This document shows, one piece after another, positions 38,791-52,197 of a stretch of DNA of 64,000 bases. The translations under genes and the position numbers were made by a program. Position 1 is the stretch's first letter; the number at the start of each line of letters is the position of its first letter. The stretch covers positions 163,866,001 to 163,930,000 of the forward strand of contig OX597814.1 of the NCBI GenBank assembly GCA_951406725.2, written 5' to 3'. The stretch is from Octopus vulgaris (taxonomy: Eukaryota). The notes beneath the pieces are model-generated. The model was not told where the DNA came from. It did not search any database and saw nothing but the letters and a program-made list of their open reading frames with translations.

Positions 38791-41700
38791 AAATAATTCA
38801 GCAAATTACTCGTGAAGGCTGTATGATTCGCGTAAGTATTAAACTTTGAAGTAAGAAAGTCCAGGAGATAAGACTATTTAACACAGCTCAGTTAACTTCA
38901 GTTGACACAACTGTCAAAGATAGCTGTTTGCATAGTATTTATAGAACCAATAGATGTAGAATCACGTAGAAATTTAACCATTTGCGTTGTTATTGTAACA
39001 GCATGAAATTGTCACATTCTTACATCCTTTCCTCGTCACCCCGATGCAAAACTACATGCATACAATATTTTTATATAAATAGGAATGACAAAGTAAGTAA
39101 ATCATTTAAACAATATATATATACATGTGCGTGAGTGTGTGTGTGTCACATTTTACTGAAAATTTTTAATGACAAAAAGTTTTCTTAGAGACATTTTTAC
39201 AGTATCAGTTTTTGTACATGTTTCAACTAAAGACGTTTTATAGATGAAGAAAAATATTTTACCGACCGGTTTAGCAGTCATCAGCTTTTTAAAGTTTAAA
39301 GCATGTTCATCAATGCATTTTATCCCATGTGGTGAAAGAAACACATGCGATTAATTTCATATAGCCATGTCGTTCATGTCATTTCCAGGACAAGGGATAC
39401 AACTGTTAATTTGTGTATTTTATCCTGTTTATGTTCTTTTAATAATATTTTTACTTATACAGAGAGGAAAGAAGGTTTAATTAAAATATCAGATACAGAA
39501 CATTTAGGAACAGATTTTTGTTTTTACAAAGAAGTTTACTTTTCCTAATAAATCCTACTTAGACTTCACTATATTGCTATTGATGTTGTTATTGAAATTG
39601 TTATTGGTGTCTAAGTGATTTCTCCTGGTTTTCTGAATCCAATTGCACTGAAAGTATATAAAAAGCCTATCTCGAGTCTATTATTCTAATTCTTAAATCC
39701 ACATACGTATTAAAATGTGTATATATGCGTGTGTGAGTGTGTTTATACATATACACATATATGTGTGTGTGCGTGTATACATACACATATACATATATAG
39801 AGAGAGAGGCAGACAGACAAACAGACAAACAGACAGACACACAGATGTGCCAGCATACATATACTTACTATGATAAAGAAGAAAAAATACCGGTATAAAA
39901 ATACCATCAAATATATTTGAGTTCGTTTCATTGATATTACTTTGTAATAATTTGTATTTATGTCACCGACTAGATGAAATTTATGAGGGTATATGCTAAT
40001 TAAAGCATAATCCATTAATTTTCGGCTTGTATTTGTTACTAAAATATATTTGTTTAGTTTCTGTTACGTCGTTGAGTCATTACACTGATGGAATAAGAAG
40101 AATGAGCTGTTTGTTAAGACCTATTACCTACAATTTTCTATATGTTCACTCAAGGATATTTTCCTTGTATACGGTTCCCTGATCTGTTGGTGATGTACCG
40201 TGATTCATTTTCTGTCATACCTGTTTGTCAAACGTAGTGTTCACGACAACCTTTTGCCTTTATATGTTATAATGTATATCAGGTTGTCTGAATTAGAAGA
40301 AAATTATTTATGTGTATATGTGTATGTGTGTGTGCGTGCGTGTATGTATGTATGTATGTATGTATGTATGTATGTATGTATGTATGTATGTATACTCAGG
40401 TATTTCAGTTGGTTTTCAGACGTGTGTAGAACAAGGCAGCACAGGTCAGTAGAGGGTCCATTAATTTCAACGGTTCATTGCATAGATGCTTTATCATGAT
40501 TCGCAGTAGACAAGTCAAGAAGATTATCGAGTATCTCAATAAGTCTAAACTGAGTACTTTTCTCGTGTTCAACCTCAACTTTATCCTAAGAATCCCCTAA
40601 CAAACCCAATTCTCTAATTACTACAGTATCTTCTCAACCGTTAGGAAAATTGGGCATTTGATCCTAATGATTCAATTGCAGAGGCTAAAGGATTCCTCAA
40701 ATGAACTTTTGCAGCCGAAGGAAGTTATGTTGGTCTACTCATTCTTGTAGTTCTCTTTCTTTTGCGATGAAAGGTGAAGTGACCTTCATAAAGTGTTGAG
40801 CTTGTGGGTGTATGCAACAGGGATCCATCGAACGTAAAGCGTTCAATAAATTTTCAGACTCTAGAATCAATGTCACAGTTTTCAGTCAATACATATTGAT
40901 ACATAACTTTTGCCTATAAGATCGAAAATAAGTTGTACCGGTCCTGTTATGCAAAGAAGACTTGAAGATCCTTTTACCAGAATCTGATAAGAAATGTCCC
41001 GACAAGAGAACGCAGATTGCAAGCGTAAATACTCATAGATAACAATTAACAAATATTTCTTATTTGAGACAAAGGTAACCGGTCCTTAAAATCAGTTGTT
41101 ATGCGGAATAATAATGTGACTTTAATTTTTGATAAATGTGGCGTCTAGAAACAATGCGTTTTATGCTGACCAACGTACGTGGAAAATTTTAGAGACCGAA
41201 AAAAATGCATCAACTTTGCATCACAAGAGTGGCAGCAAGATTTGTGCAGGAGCTTCAGACAAGAGTGACTTGTTCTTTGAAATGAAGCTTTATATCCCGC
41301 AAAGTTAAACAGTCAGTATTTTAAGGTGCATGAAGCTGTCAATTTACATATTTAATCTTCCAAGTTGTAATTTATGTTCCATACTGGCGAATGCAACAAT
41401 TTGTAAAGTTTGGGTTACTTGATTTAACATGTTTACCAGTGTACATATTTGGGTTTTAAAATGTACACGTTTGACGTAGGTACGTCGCAGAGAAGAGGAT
41501 GACAAAAGTGAAGTGTATCTTAAAAGGAACAATTGATTATTCTTCTCTGGTATATACAAATATCTATTCTCTTTTCATTCTTCAAAAGATGTTCTGAACC
41601 TCTACTGATTCAGAGAGGAAACATTTACAATATCTTTGGTAACGAAAATTTCAGTATATATTTAGGTTTAGTTTAACATTTCTGGTGTATATGTGGTAGC

Positions 41701-42019
41701 AATTTTTGTTAAATGGCATACCTGGTCATTGTAGTTGCTTCTTCCAATCAGGACTCACGCCATTAGCCACAAAGAATAATCTCTAATTCGAGCCTACTCT
41801 AAACTACTAAGAATGCATGAGGCAGCTTGAAGATCTACCCACCACACGCGATAGACTAGCGGTTGCACGGGCGCAAAAGCTACGTTGTTATCCTCAACCC
41901 GTAAACGGTGGCTTTTAACGGGTGGAGAGCTGAACCATCCTGGGGTACAGAGGATTCTCAATCTAGACTAGGGTCTAAAAGTTTACCACACCATAGGGGG
42001 TTACACCATGGTTCCTAGG

Positions 42020-42210
42020 TTTTGTGGCAGAAGTAGGAAGAAAGAGTGAGAGAAAATTGTGGTAAAAGAGTACAGCGGGGTTCACCACCCCCCGTAGAGC
42101 TTAGGTATTTTTGCTCAATAAACACTCACAATAACCGGTCTGGTAATCGAAACCACGTTCTTACAACCGCGAGTCCGCTGCCCTAACCACTGGGCCATTG
42201 CACCTCCACC
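42020..42210 (-). mobile_element. SINE family C relative (tRNA-type head)
   Basis: Reverse complement GTGGAGGTGCAATGGCCCAGTGGTTAGGGCAGCGGACTCGCGG; same family as 50695-50982. Confidence 0.82.
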
Positions 42211-43549
42211 GTGGTTGATGTTATGTTGATGGTGGTACTATGATAGCAGCGACGGTAGCCCTTGTTGGCCTAATATATGCCCCTCTTTTGAAAGCTTGGT
42301 AGTAACTATCAAATGCTTTTTAAAATGGTAGTTAGAAGAATGAGTCATGGATGGCGGAGTCAAGAAAAGTTGAGCTGATGCTTTTCACTGGTCATAATAC
42401 AAAACATTTCAAAATAATACAGATAAATTGAGAGGGGAGGTTACTATGAAATACGGTGTAATCTTTGTAAAACTAAAACAAAGCTAAAATCTCACAAATA
42501 TTGAATTCACTTTATAACTTTAAAAGCATAGCAGGTAACATTCAGTGGCAAAAATATTTACAACTCATTCATAATTGGAATTTCTTAACTCGTATACAAA
42601 TTAAATCCATGTAAGAAATAACGAGTCAGCTAAAAGAAGGGTTTATTCAGCTCAATAAAAGTTCTACTGACTTCTACTGAAAGAACTGTCAGATGTAGCA
42701 GTTTACAAATTATTTTATAACAGCTGCATTGCTTCGTAGTGATTCAACTATTTTGTTATTATTTTATATTTATTTTATTATTATTTAATTATTGCAAACT
42801 TCCGTTCAAGGATCTGGTGGGTGGTATTCTATAATATAAACTTGCACAAACTCGGCATACAGTAGTTATCAAGTGTCTAGAAATGAACTACTGATCCAGG
42901 AAATGGGATGTAACCTTCGGAATGTAGTCTTCAATGAAAAAATACTTTGTATATAAATTGATAGTTTTCGGTTACAGCTTAAACAAGTAAACAAGAGGGA
43001 GGCGAATATAGACAAATGCAAATTAACAAAGTTTTAATGTACGAAGCTTGTGTACTCGTCGATACTTATTATAGCAAGGTTGGTTTTTGTATTTTACTGA
43101 TGAATGAGGTAGTTTTAAGTCATTGTAAATAAATAAGATTCTCCGTTGTAGATATAGATATTGCATTTCTGTGTATTCGATTCTTTGCGGAAACCCAGAA
43201 AATACTACTTGTGTACTTCACGTTTCTGAAGAGAAAACCACGTTTTCTTGATGCTGTTTTGGTAAATTTAAGTCAGAATTCTCAGTCAAAATTTAGAAAA
43301 AATATTAAATCCTAGAATGTACTGAGAGTGATGTTTGTTAAATTTTAGTTTATCTATGAAGAATAGGATGTAAGTATTGCCATGTTGCTAAAAGTTCTCT
43401 ATACAATCATTTGGTTTCGGGATCGGTATCTTGGCAGGTGTTTTCTATCATAGCCTTGTATTGAACAAGGCCTTGCGTGTGAAATTAAGCAGACAGAAAT
43501 TAACAGCACGTTTCTATTCTAGACTTAATTGGTCACCTAGTTTAATACC

Positions 43550-43781
43550 TATTTCTTTGCTACCCACAAGGGGCTAAACACAGAAAGGACAAACAAGGAC
43601 AGACAAACGGATTAAGTCGATTACATCGACCCCAGTGCGTAACTGCTACTTAATTTATCGACCCCGAAAGGATGAAAGGCAAAGTCAACCTCGGCGGAAT
43701 TTGAACTCAGAACGTTACGGCAGACAAAATACGGCTACGCATTTCGCCCGGCATGCTAACGTGTCTGCCAGCTCGCCACCT
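43550..43781 (-). mobile_element. SINE family A with 17-bp TSD
   Basis: TCACCTAGTTTAATACC at 43533-43549 and 43782-43798. Confidence 0.93.
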
Positions 43782-44414
43782 TCACCTAGTTTAATACCAT
43801 CACCTGATCACACTGAATTATGTTTATTGGAGTCTACATTGTGACGAAAAATGGGACATGAGCACTGCTCTTCTTCCTATGACTAAAACATAAACATTTT
43901 CAAAAACAGTTCTTTTGAGATGATACATTAATAATTACATCGAAGTAAGTACATTCCTACTGGCATAAATGATCTGAGCATGAGATTTTCTGAATATGAA
44001 GGTATATGATCTGTGTAGAAGTATATAGGATTATTAATTGGAGAGGTATCCGCGAAAAGCTGGAGTTGAGGGTTGAGGAAGTTTTTTTCAGTGAAAGAGT
44101 ATACACGTTATGTTGGAAACTTTGGATCTAAGCAATTGATTCATTTATTATCTCTAAGGAAGACGTTTGAATTTTTGAAGGGTTTTCTACAATTGAATGC
44201 AACACTTTCCTTGTCATCTGCAATGCCCCAATTATTGTTGGCAACTAAAATACTGGTATTTTACCCAAAACAAAAAAGATTAAAATGCTAGAGAAGACTT
44301 TAGGGTAAACCAAGAACCCTTGTAAGTTTGGAATTATCTTTATATAGACATTCTGGATTGGTTGTCTTTGCAACAATTTCTAATACTTGAATCATACACG
44401 ATACAGTTGTTATG

Positions 44415-44720
44415 AAGGTGCGTGGCTTAATGGTTAGGATGTTCGTCTCACGATCGTAATGTCGAGAGTTCGATTCTCGGCGACACATTGTGTCCTGGAG
44501 CAAGACACTTTATTTCACGTTGCTCCAGTTCACTCAGCTGCCAAAAATGAGCAGCGCTTGTATTTCAAAGGGCTAGCCTTGTATCATTCTGCATCACGCT
44601 GGATCTCCCTGCGAGTTACGTTAAGAGTATGCGTTTCCGTGAAGTGCCCAACCACTTGCACGTTAATTTCATAATCGGATCAACTGGAACCCTTGTCATC
44701 ATAACCGACGTAGTGCCAAT
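44415..44720 (+). mobile_element. SINE related to family C
   Basis: gcgtggcttaatggttagg...gttcgattc...gagcaagacactttatttcacgttgctccagttcactcagctg, shared with the 6588-7097 units. Confidence 0.8.
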
Positions 44721-45825
44721 CTGAGAACCAATTGTTGTAGTAATTGTGGCTGATAATTATAACCATTTAGTATTAAGGAGATGCAAAACCGTTTATTTCA
44801 TGGGAGCTTATTCCTACATTATGCCTCCTGTAAATTTGCCTATTGTACGCTGCTGGACGCCTTACATATTCCGTGATAAAATTTTTTGTGCATGTATTCT
44901 ATATCATTGCAAAATGCATCTTTACAATTATGCGCTTTAAGTATGGATTAGATGCGAAGCGCAATTGCCAAGTGGATCGGTACTAAGACTCTGATTACTG
45001 CATCACTAAACTGGGTACAACTACAGTTTTTGTGCTGCTTCTCTTGCGAAATCAATAAATTCTACAAACCAAAAACCGCATTGCTTAATTATATACTTCA
45101 AGAGAAAACGTCTCGTTCACAGCTTCATAACTAGAAACGTTTTTTTTTTAGTTTCTATACATTAAAGTACGTGACACTCATTATAAGTTTGTTACAGCAG
45201 CGAAACCTGTTATAAGACATTTTATTTTGTAATTTTGAACCCATGATTGTTATTTTACGAACAACTCCTGCCGTCTGAATTTTATTTAATAAAACTTAGC
45301 AAATTAAAGAAAAATCTTTTTATTCATATAGAGAGAATTTATTAATATAAAAGTCAAATGATAATTTATTATTTTAAAAATGATGGAGTATAATTTTTTA
45401 TAATATAAATTTTTATTAAATTTCATTTAAAGACATCTAATCTTGCGGAACCCGGAACTTTTCCCCTGGGCCCAGTTCAAGAAACCCGGTATTACTGTAC
45501 ACAACTAAGCGGGTTATTTATTTATTGAATTGATACATACTTTAAATCGATGACTTTCATATTCATTCTTATGCTGATCGTTGTTGTGTACGTCACACGA
45601 GAATATATTTTTAATCCTTTATCATATTATGCCAGGAGCAAATAAGAAATCTACTTTAATTTAATATTTAAACATATTTCTCGTCTTTCACATCAATTAC
45701 TTTCCAAATTGAATTAAACAGAAGCACATTCCAGAAAACAACCTGCAGTGTAACATGAACAGGGAATTAATGAATTTCTATAAAGTGACCTTTTAAGTAA
45801 TGTATTTATGATAGCAAAACCAACG

Positions 45826-46201
45826 GGATCTTTTCCTTTTTATGGGCAGCTTGATTAATTTATTTTCTTCAACTAAATATTTTGAAACTTCGTATACTGT
45901 ACAATGTGTCACATGGAACATCTTTTACTCTTAGCGTTGTTGAAAAAACTTTCTATTTTTGAAGTTATTTCGTGTTAAATTTGTCGTATTTCGGTAATTT
46001 CAACTAATCAATGACGTGTATTCAGCTGAATAAAATTACTCCTGTTGTTTGTCAACAACAACTTCCGGTGGTGTATATTTCGTTTGTCACTGTAATTTAT
46101 GACATCGTTCGTGCGTTTGTACTGGTTTTAGCTTTTAAAAACTTACAATTTTTCTACTTAGGGTTAGGGTTAGGGTTGGGTTTTTAGGATTACGGTTAAG
46201 G
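45826..46201 (+). mobile_element. One arm plus a short TTAGGG tract of the telomere-core foldback element
   Basis: Aligns with 47806-48120, including the GGATCTTT(T/A)CCTTT start; (TTAGGG)3 at ~46158-46176. Confidence 0.85.
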
Positions 46202-46919
46202 AAAAAGTGAAAAATGAAGAAGTTAGAGGGGGTGGGGTGGGGGCAAAAAATTTCAGAATTTCGATTTTTGGCAATTTTCCGGAATCTCTGTATCCGAAAA
46301 GCTGGGTTTTAGGCAAAAAAAATTTAAAAAACAATAATTTGCGAGAAAATGGGGTAGAGACGGAAGGAAGTCTTTCCGAAAATAGCTGAAAAACAGGAAA
46401 AAAAACCCCTAAAAGCATTAGAAATGCACGAACGATTATAGTGGTGTCATGAAGTAAACGTGTTTCAGATACACTTGTTTATTCATACGAACGTAACTGA
46501 GATGAAATATATCATAAATAACAGTCAGCCACCCAAAAACATAAAGAGCTTTTCCGCGCTGTTTCCGCATACCAGTTTCACCTACACGGCTTTGATAGAC
46601 CCCTTAGGTTATGGTAGAAGACGTTTTGCCCAAGGTGATGCACAGTGGAATCGAACTACCTTGTTGCGAAACTGGCTTCTTAACCAGACAATCATTCGGA
46701 AAATTAAAGTTATATTTAAATATTTCAGTTTAGCTCAGAAGCAAAACCAGAATATTTATCATAGAAAACACATTGCTTCTATTTTAAATTTTATTCCTCG
46801 CCACTTGTTAGATAGTCAAAATAAGAGAACAAAATGCTAATTTCCTGCTGTAAGAATATAAGCTAAAAATGTTAATTTGCTGCTGTAAGAATATAAGCTA
46901 AAAATTATCAAATATCCTT

Positions 46920-47108
46920 TCTACTATAGGCACAAGACCAGCAATTTCGGTGGGAGGGAGTTGTCTATTACGTTGACTGTACTCGACTGGTTTTTATTTC
47001 ATTGACCTCAAAAGGATGAAAGGCGAAGTCGAACTCGGTAAAATTTGAACTCAGATGGACGAAATGTTGCTAAGCATTTTGCCACTGATTCTGCTAGCTC
47101 GATGCCTC
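46920..47108 (-). mobile_element. SINE family A, diverged
   Basis: aaaggatgaaaggcgaagtcga...tttgaactcaga. Confidence 0.75.
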
Positions 47109-47805
47109 AAAAGAAAAAACAAATATCATCACTGATAATGCCCTGTGGTCCCCATCAAGGCAATTAAATCTGAATTCTTCTTATAAAGAAACTAGTTTAC
47201 AGCATCGTGATTCAAATACTCGGAATGCATTCGCCTCTAATATCATCTATGATCTGAAGTAGCAAAGTAGAAATAAGTGCATACGCACTTTTTGGTTTTA
47301 TCTGTCACGTTCTGTAATTTAAAAAAAAATCATAGAAACACTTTTTTTTCGTTCTCGGAATGGAAAAAGATATAAAACAGTAACCTAAATATAAGAACTC
47401 AGTTTCTGCTGTTTCAAAATAAAAGCGAAAACATAAGAATCTTTTGAAGAAATCTGGTGATTGCAATAAGGCAAGAGTGAACACATGTCTAACCACTGAG
47501 CAAATATTGTTGTTTTTCTTATTATTTTTTCGTTTTTTCCTTTTTTGCTACTTTGCAATCATTCGTTGGTTCAGAGACATCAAATGTGTTTCCGGTTTAT
47601 GAAATGTTAACTCAGCTCTTGAAGTAAGCAAAATAAACAGTGAAATAAGTCCAAATGAACCTGGAATGTCTGCTGATGGAAACATTACTGAAAGTTATGA
47701 ATGACCCTGAGTGTTCTTCCTAAATCATTAGATAAAAGAAACCTTCGAAATGCACAGCCAAAGAAGAAGATAATGAACCACATTGTAATATTCATCTCCC
47801 TTCTC

Positions 47806-48540
47806 GGATCTTTACCTTTGACCTACAGATTTAAAAGATAATTTTTTGTAACTAAACTCTTTCAAACTTCGGACACTGGTAGAATGTGTCATATAAAACA
47901 TCTTTTACTCTTAGCATTTTTTAGAAAAACTTATATTTACGAAGTTATTTCACGTTAAAGTAGTGGTATTTCGGTAATTTCAACCAATCAATGACGTGTA
48001 TTCAGCTGAATAAAATTACCGCCGTTGTTTGTCAACAACAACTTTCGGCGGTGCATTTTTCGTTTGTTACTGTTATTTATGACATCGTTCGTGCATTTGT
48101 ACTGGTTTTAAGGTTTTAGGGTTAGCGTTAGGGTTTCAGGGTTAGGGTTGGGTTTTAAGGTTAGAGTTTTAGGGTTAGGGTGTTAGGGTTAGGGTTTTAG
48201 GATTAGGGTCAGGGTTAAGGGTTAGGATTAGGGTTAGGGTCAGGATTTTAAGGTCAGGGTTTTAGGGTTAAGGTTGTCATAAATAACAGTAACGAACGAA
48301 ATATACACCGCCGGAAGTTCTTGTTGACAAACAACAGCAGTAATTTTATTCAGCTGAATACACGGCATTGATTGGTTGAAATTACCGAAATACGAGAACT
48401 TTAACGTGAAATAACTTCGTAAATATAAGTTTTTCTCAAAAATGCTGAGAGTAAAAGATGCTTTATATGACACATTCTACCAGTGTCCGAAGTTTGAAAG
48501 TGTTTAGTTACAAAAAATTGTTTTTTAAATCTGTATGTCA
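47806..48540. mobile_element. Non-autonomous foldback DNA element with ~260-bp inverted arms and a degenerate (TTAGGG)n core
   Basis: Arms 47819-48084 and 48275-48540 are diverged reverse complements. Core 48105-48274 consists of TTAGGG, TTTAGGG and TCAGGG variants. Confidence 0.92.
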
Positions 48541-48789
48541 TTTGAATTAGTGAAGCGAAATGGTTACAATACTCAGAATTTATTTTTGTCGCAGCACAAA
48601 GCTAACTCTCAAATGAATGTTAGTAACAACACAGTGCTAGGCATTTTGCGGTATATGGTTATGTCCCTTTACGTACTTAGTTCAACTCTAGTTGGGATTA
48701 ACGTGTGTGTGTGTTTGTGTTTTACTTTAATCCATTAAGCTTGTTGCTGTTTAGTTTCGAGATTTCTGCATCGAGAAATAGATCGCCTA

Positions 48790-49115
48790 TGATAGGGCTG
48801 ATTTTCAAATTTTGACACGAGGCCGGCAATTTCTGGAGAAGTGAGTAGTCGACCTCGGCGGAATTTGAACTCAGAACGTAAAGACGGACGAAATGCCGCA
48901 AAGCATTCGCCCGGTGTGCTAACAATTCTGCCAGCTCACCGAATTAAAATTTATAAATAGTGGTTTCAAATTTTGGCACACAGCCAGCAATTTCGGGGAT
49001 GTGATAAGTCGATAACATCGATCCCAGTGCTCATCTGGTACTTAATTTATCGACCCTGAAAGGATGAAAGGCAAAGTCGACATCGGCGGAATTTGAACTC
49101 AGGATTTAAAGACGT
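48790..49115 (-). mobile_element. Two SINE family A copies
   Basis: Two reverse-strand gtcgac(c/a)tcggcggaatttgaactcag cores. Confidence 0.82.
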
Positions 49116-49559
49116 AAAGTCGGTAGATATTAAATTCCATTTGTAATAATTTTGCACTGAATATATTATGTTTTTCACTCAATTTATCTGTTACGTGATA
49201 TTTTACATGATTGAAAAGCAGTATATAAAACTAATATCACTCTTGGGATATTTATTTTAAAGAAATTTAATCACACGATTCTCACCCTCTTCTTTTCTCT
49301 CTCTCTTTGTCTTTCTCTTTCTCGCTCTAATATATACAAACTATCTTTCGTTTACTCTCTACTTCAACGGAAATTTCCAGCAAATAAATGAAAATAACTC
49401 GTTGCGATACCGTTTACTCCTATGATCTATGATCTGCACTGTCTTCTTTATATTCCGACCCAGAAATATACAAGCATCTTTTAACCTTTAAGGCCTAGTC
49501 AAGAACTGATTTTTTATTCCTTTTATTTTTCCGTAACTCAATCAGAAAGGAGAGACATT

Positions 49560-50200
49560 ACTCATAACTTCTACAGATTACTCAGGTAGATGGAATTGAT
49601 ATAGTTAATGTTCAATTCGAAAAATCTGTAAATTCACGTCAGCGAGGAAAACACGATAGAAAATGTGATAGGAATAGATGTTAAAAATCAGGAATGCATT
49701 GCCAGGGAGTTGCAGTTCTGGTGAGAAGAGGGTTTGGGTAAGTGATTAATGCGCGGTCTTGTAGGGGACACAGAACAAGCGATGATAGAATGAGAGATGG
49801 ACGAGTGTGTTTAGAGGTATGCAAAAAGCTAATTCAGAAGAGACCGTTATAGCTGCAACAGAATAAGCAGAGTATGTTGTAGCTTGTTGAGTGATTCTCT
49901 AGCAAATCAGTCGGATAATGACAATCGTTTTGATACCGTCTTGGATGGTTGTGTCAGTAGCAGCAGCAATAAAAAAAGAAAGCTGGTTCTGAAGGTTAAG
50001 TTTTTGCTATTACGAAAGTGACATTACTAACAAAGAGCATCAAAGATTATGAGACCAGGCATATTTTTACCGATTTTGAGGGTTTTAACAGCGTTTTACG
50101 AAGACCAGAGCGGGTGAGGTGCATGATTGTTCCTTTAATATAATGCGTTTTTTGTGCTGTTGAATGAGAGCTAATTGTTATGTCCGCTATTGGAGAATTC
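49560..50200 (-). mobile_element. CR1/L2-group LINE 3' relic
   Basis: Minus-strand remnants PRINH...RTATPWQ/WN.P...NLQIF resemble CR1/L2 ORF2 ends; heavily degraded. Confidence 0.5.
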
Positions 50201-50694
50201 TTTCGGGGTTTATGTTTGTGGGGCAGCGTAGGTTTAATGTGAGATGTCTAAATTGCTTTGGTTTGACATCTGCATGCACAAAATTATTAGAAGTTATAGA
50301 CAGTAAAGCCACGAAAATGAAGGGTTTCAGAAACGAATTAGATAAATGTCCAGTCGCTCTTTGTATTAGAATTAGAAGTTACTTCTCATTCAAATCATAC
50401 GGTCTTAAGAAGACTTAAAAATTTTATACAAAGACAACGATGATAACAGCAACAACAGCATAGTAATTACACTTGCTGACTCAATGCTTTTGCATGTTGG
50501 TTTTGGGTGTGTTGCTTTTATTTAATCTCAAATCAGTCTGGATCTAACAGGCATATTATCAAAGATATTCCTTCTATATGTGACTATCGAGTTTTTTCTT
50601 TTCCATGAATAATATACCCAAAACTATACAAGTTGCGTTCAAAAATTTTCCGTCTTTATTTTTTCCTGTCAAAACTAATGCCGCGTGGGGAAAA

Positions 50695-50982
50695 TCCTTT
50701 GGTTGGGAGATGACGCCACCCTTCCTGCGCAAACGAGAGCATCGACGGATGGATGAATGTGCTTCCAGGCTCAGCGGTTGCGTAGGAAGTCGGGGATAAG
50801 AAACCGGAAGAAAGAGTGGGAGAAAGTTGGAGCGAAAGAGTACAACAGGGCTCGCCACCACTCCCTGCCGGAGCCTCGTGGAGCTTTGGGTGTTTTCGCT
50901 CAATAAAAACACACACAAATCGAAACCGCGATTCTCCGACCGCGAGTCCGCTGCCCTAACCACTGGGCCGTTGCGCCTCCAC
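50695..50982 (-). mobile_element. SINE family C relative
   Basis: Reverse complement GTGGAGGCGCAACGGCCCAGTGGTTAGGGCAGCGGACTCGCGGTCGG; ORF 50574..51101 is an artefact of it. Confidence 0.85.
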
Positions 50983-51588
50983 TGTTGTTGCTGATCTTGT
51001 TGTTTAGCAGTATATCGGCCCTTACTCGGGAGACAATTCATCAAAAATGTTGCGGAAAAAAGCCCCTTCTTTCGACACTTTCGACACTTTTCTTCAAGCA
51101 ATTAAATTGTAATTTAAGAGAGATATGCCTGCTATTTCAAATAGATAAAGCAACTTCGATGTCTGATGGGTGGACGTATGTGTATTGTGCATTTGTTTGT
51201 ATATTTTTTTATATGTTTGCGTTTGTATGTGTGTTTGTAAGTGCGTATGCGCGTTTTCATTCTTTTTCAAACGTTCAGGTAGTTGTGATGACCTAATAAA
51301 AATTACCACCTCCTACAAGAAGTCATTCAGAACAAAACATCAAGCTAACTTTGATGTGTGCAATTATTTTAAATTTTTCACTATATTACAATAAATATAG
51401 AGAAATGCTGCTGTAAAAGTAACAAGCGAAATTTCTCTTTCAAAGAATTACTACTATCGGAAATGTGAAGAATTTTTGTTATTCTTCAACTTCCTGCTTC
51501 ACTATGTGCGGAGGGTGCTTGATGTTTGAACCTAAAATACTTGTTTACTTCTTCGGTATATCGTGCTTATCTTGTTCCGTCACATCTG

Positions 51589-51589
<1 letters not shown>

Positions 51590-51645
<56 letters not shown>

Positions 51646-51755
51646 TATATACATATATATATATACATATTATGTATGTATGTATGTATGTAAGTATATA
51701 TATGTGTGTGTGTGTGTGCGGGATGTATACATGTATGTATGCGTATGTGCATGTA
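51590..51755 (+). repeat. (TA)n/(TATG)n/(TG)n compound microsatellite
   Basis: Seen directly. Confidence 0.95.
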
Positions 51756-52197
51756 TAAGTTCTCTTCTTGGCCTGTAGTTGTTAAAGTTCTGTTGGTAGA
51801 AAAGACCTGAAATTCGGGAGTTTTAATTAAACCTATAAAGAGCATTATGACAATTGTTTATATCATTCCAGCCTTTCTCTGGATGAATTTTTGTCTGTGT
51901 ATGCACGCCCGTATGTTTGTTAAATACATATAAAATATAATTAAGATTCAGTTCAATTTGGTACTTAAATTGAAGCATCTTGTTCGGTCGATCTAATTTG
52001 CAAACACAAATAATATAAGGTAAATATAAAATTCTGTGTAGAAGTGTTTGTACTTGACAGTCTTGCAATGTATACAATTAACACGACCCACCTTAGTGAA
52101 GAGAACCGCTTTTGATTGTTCAGACATGTACTTTACATAAAAATATTTTCTTTAATTTCCGAAGTGCAGATTCCAGGGCAGGTAAATAAAATATAAA

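Noticed and set aside
40560-41350. Possible degraded DNA transposon coding region
   Set aside because: No diagnostic motif or termini could be read
41790-42010. GC-richer stretch with hairpin ACCCGT...ACGGGT, possibly a retroelement 5' leader
   Set aside because: Single short stem, no second copy and no adjacent coding remnant identified
48105-48274. TTAGGG tract as a true telomere or chromosome-fusion scar
   Set aside because: Degenerate, single orientation and enclosed by inverted arms of a repeated element
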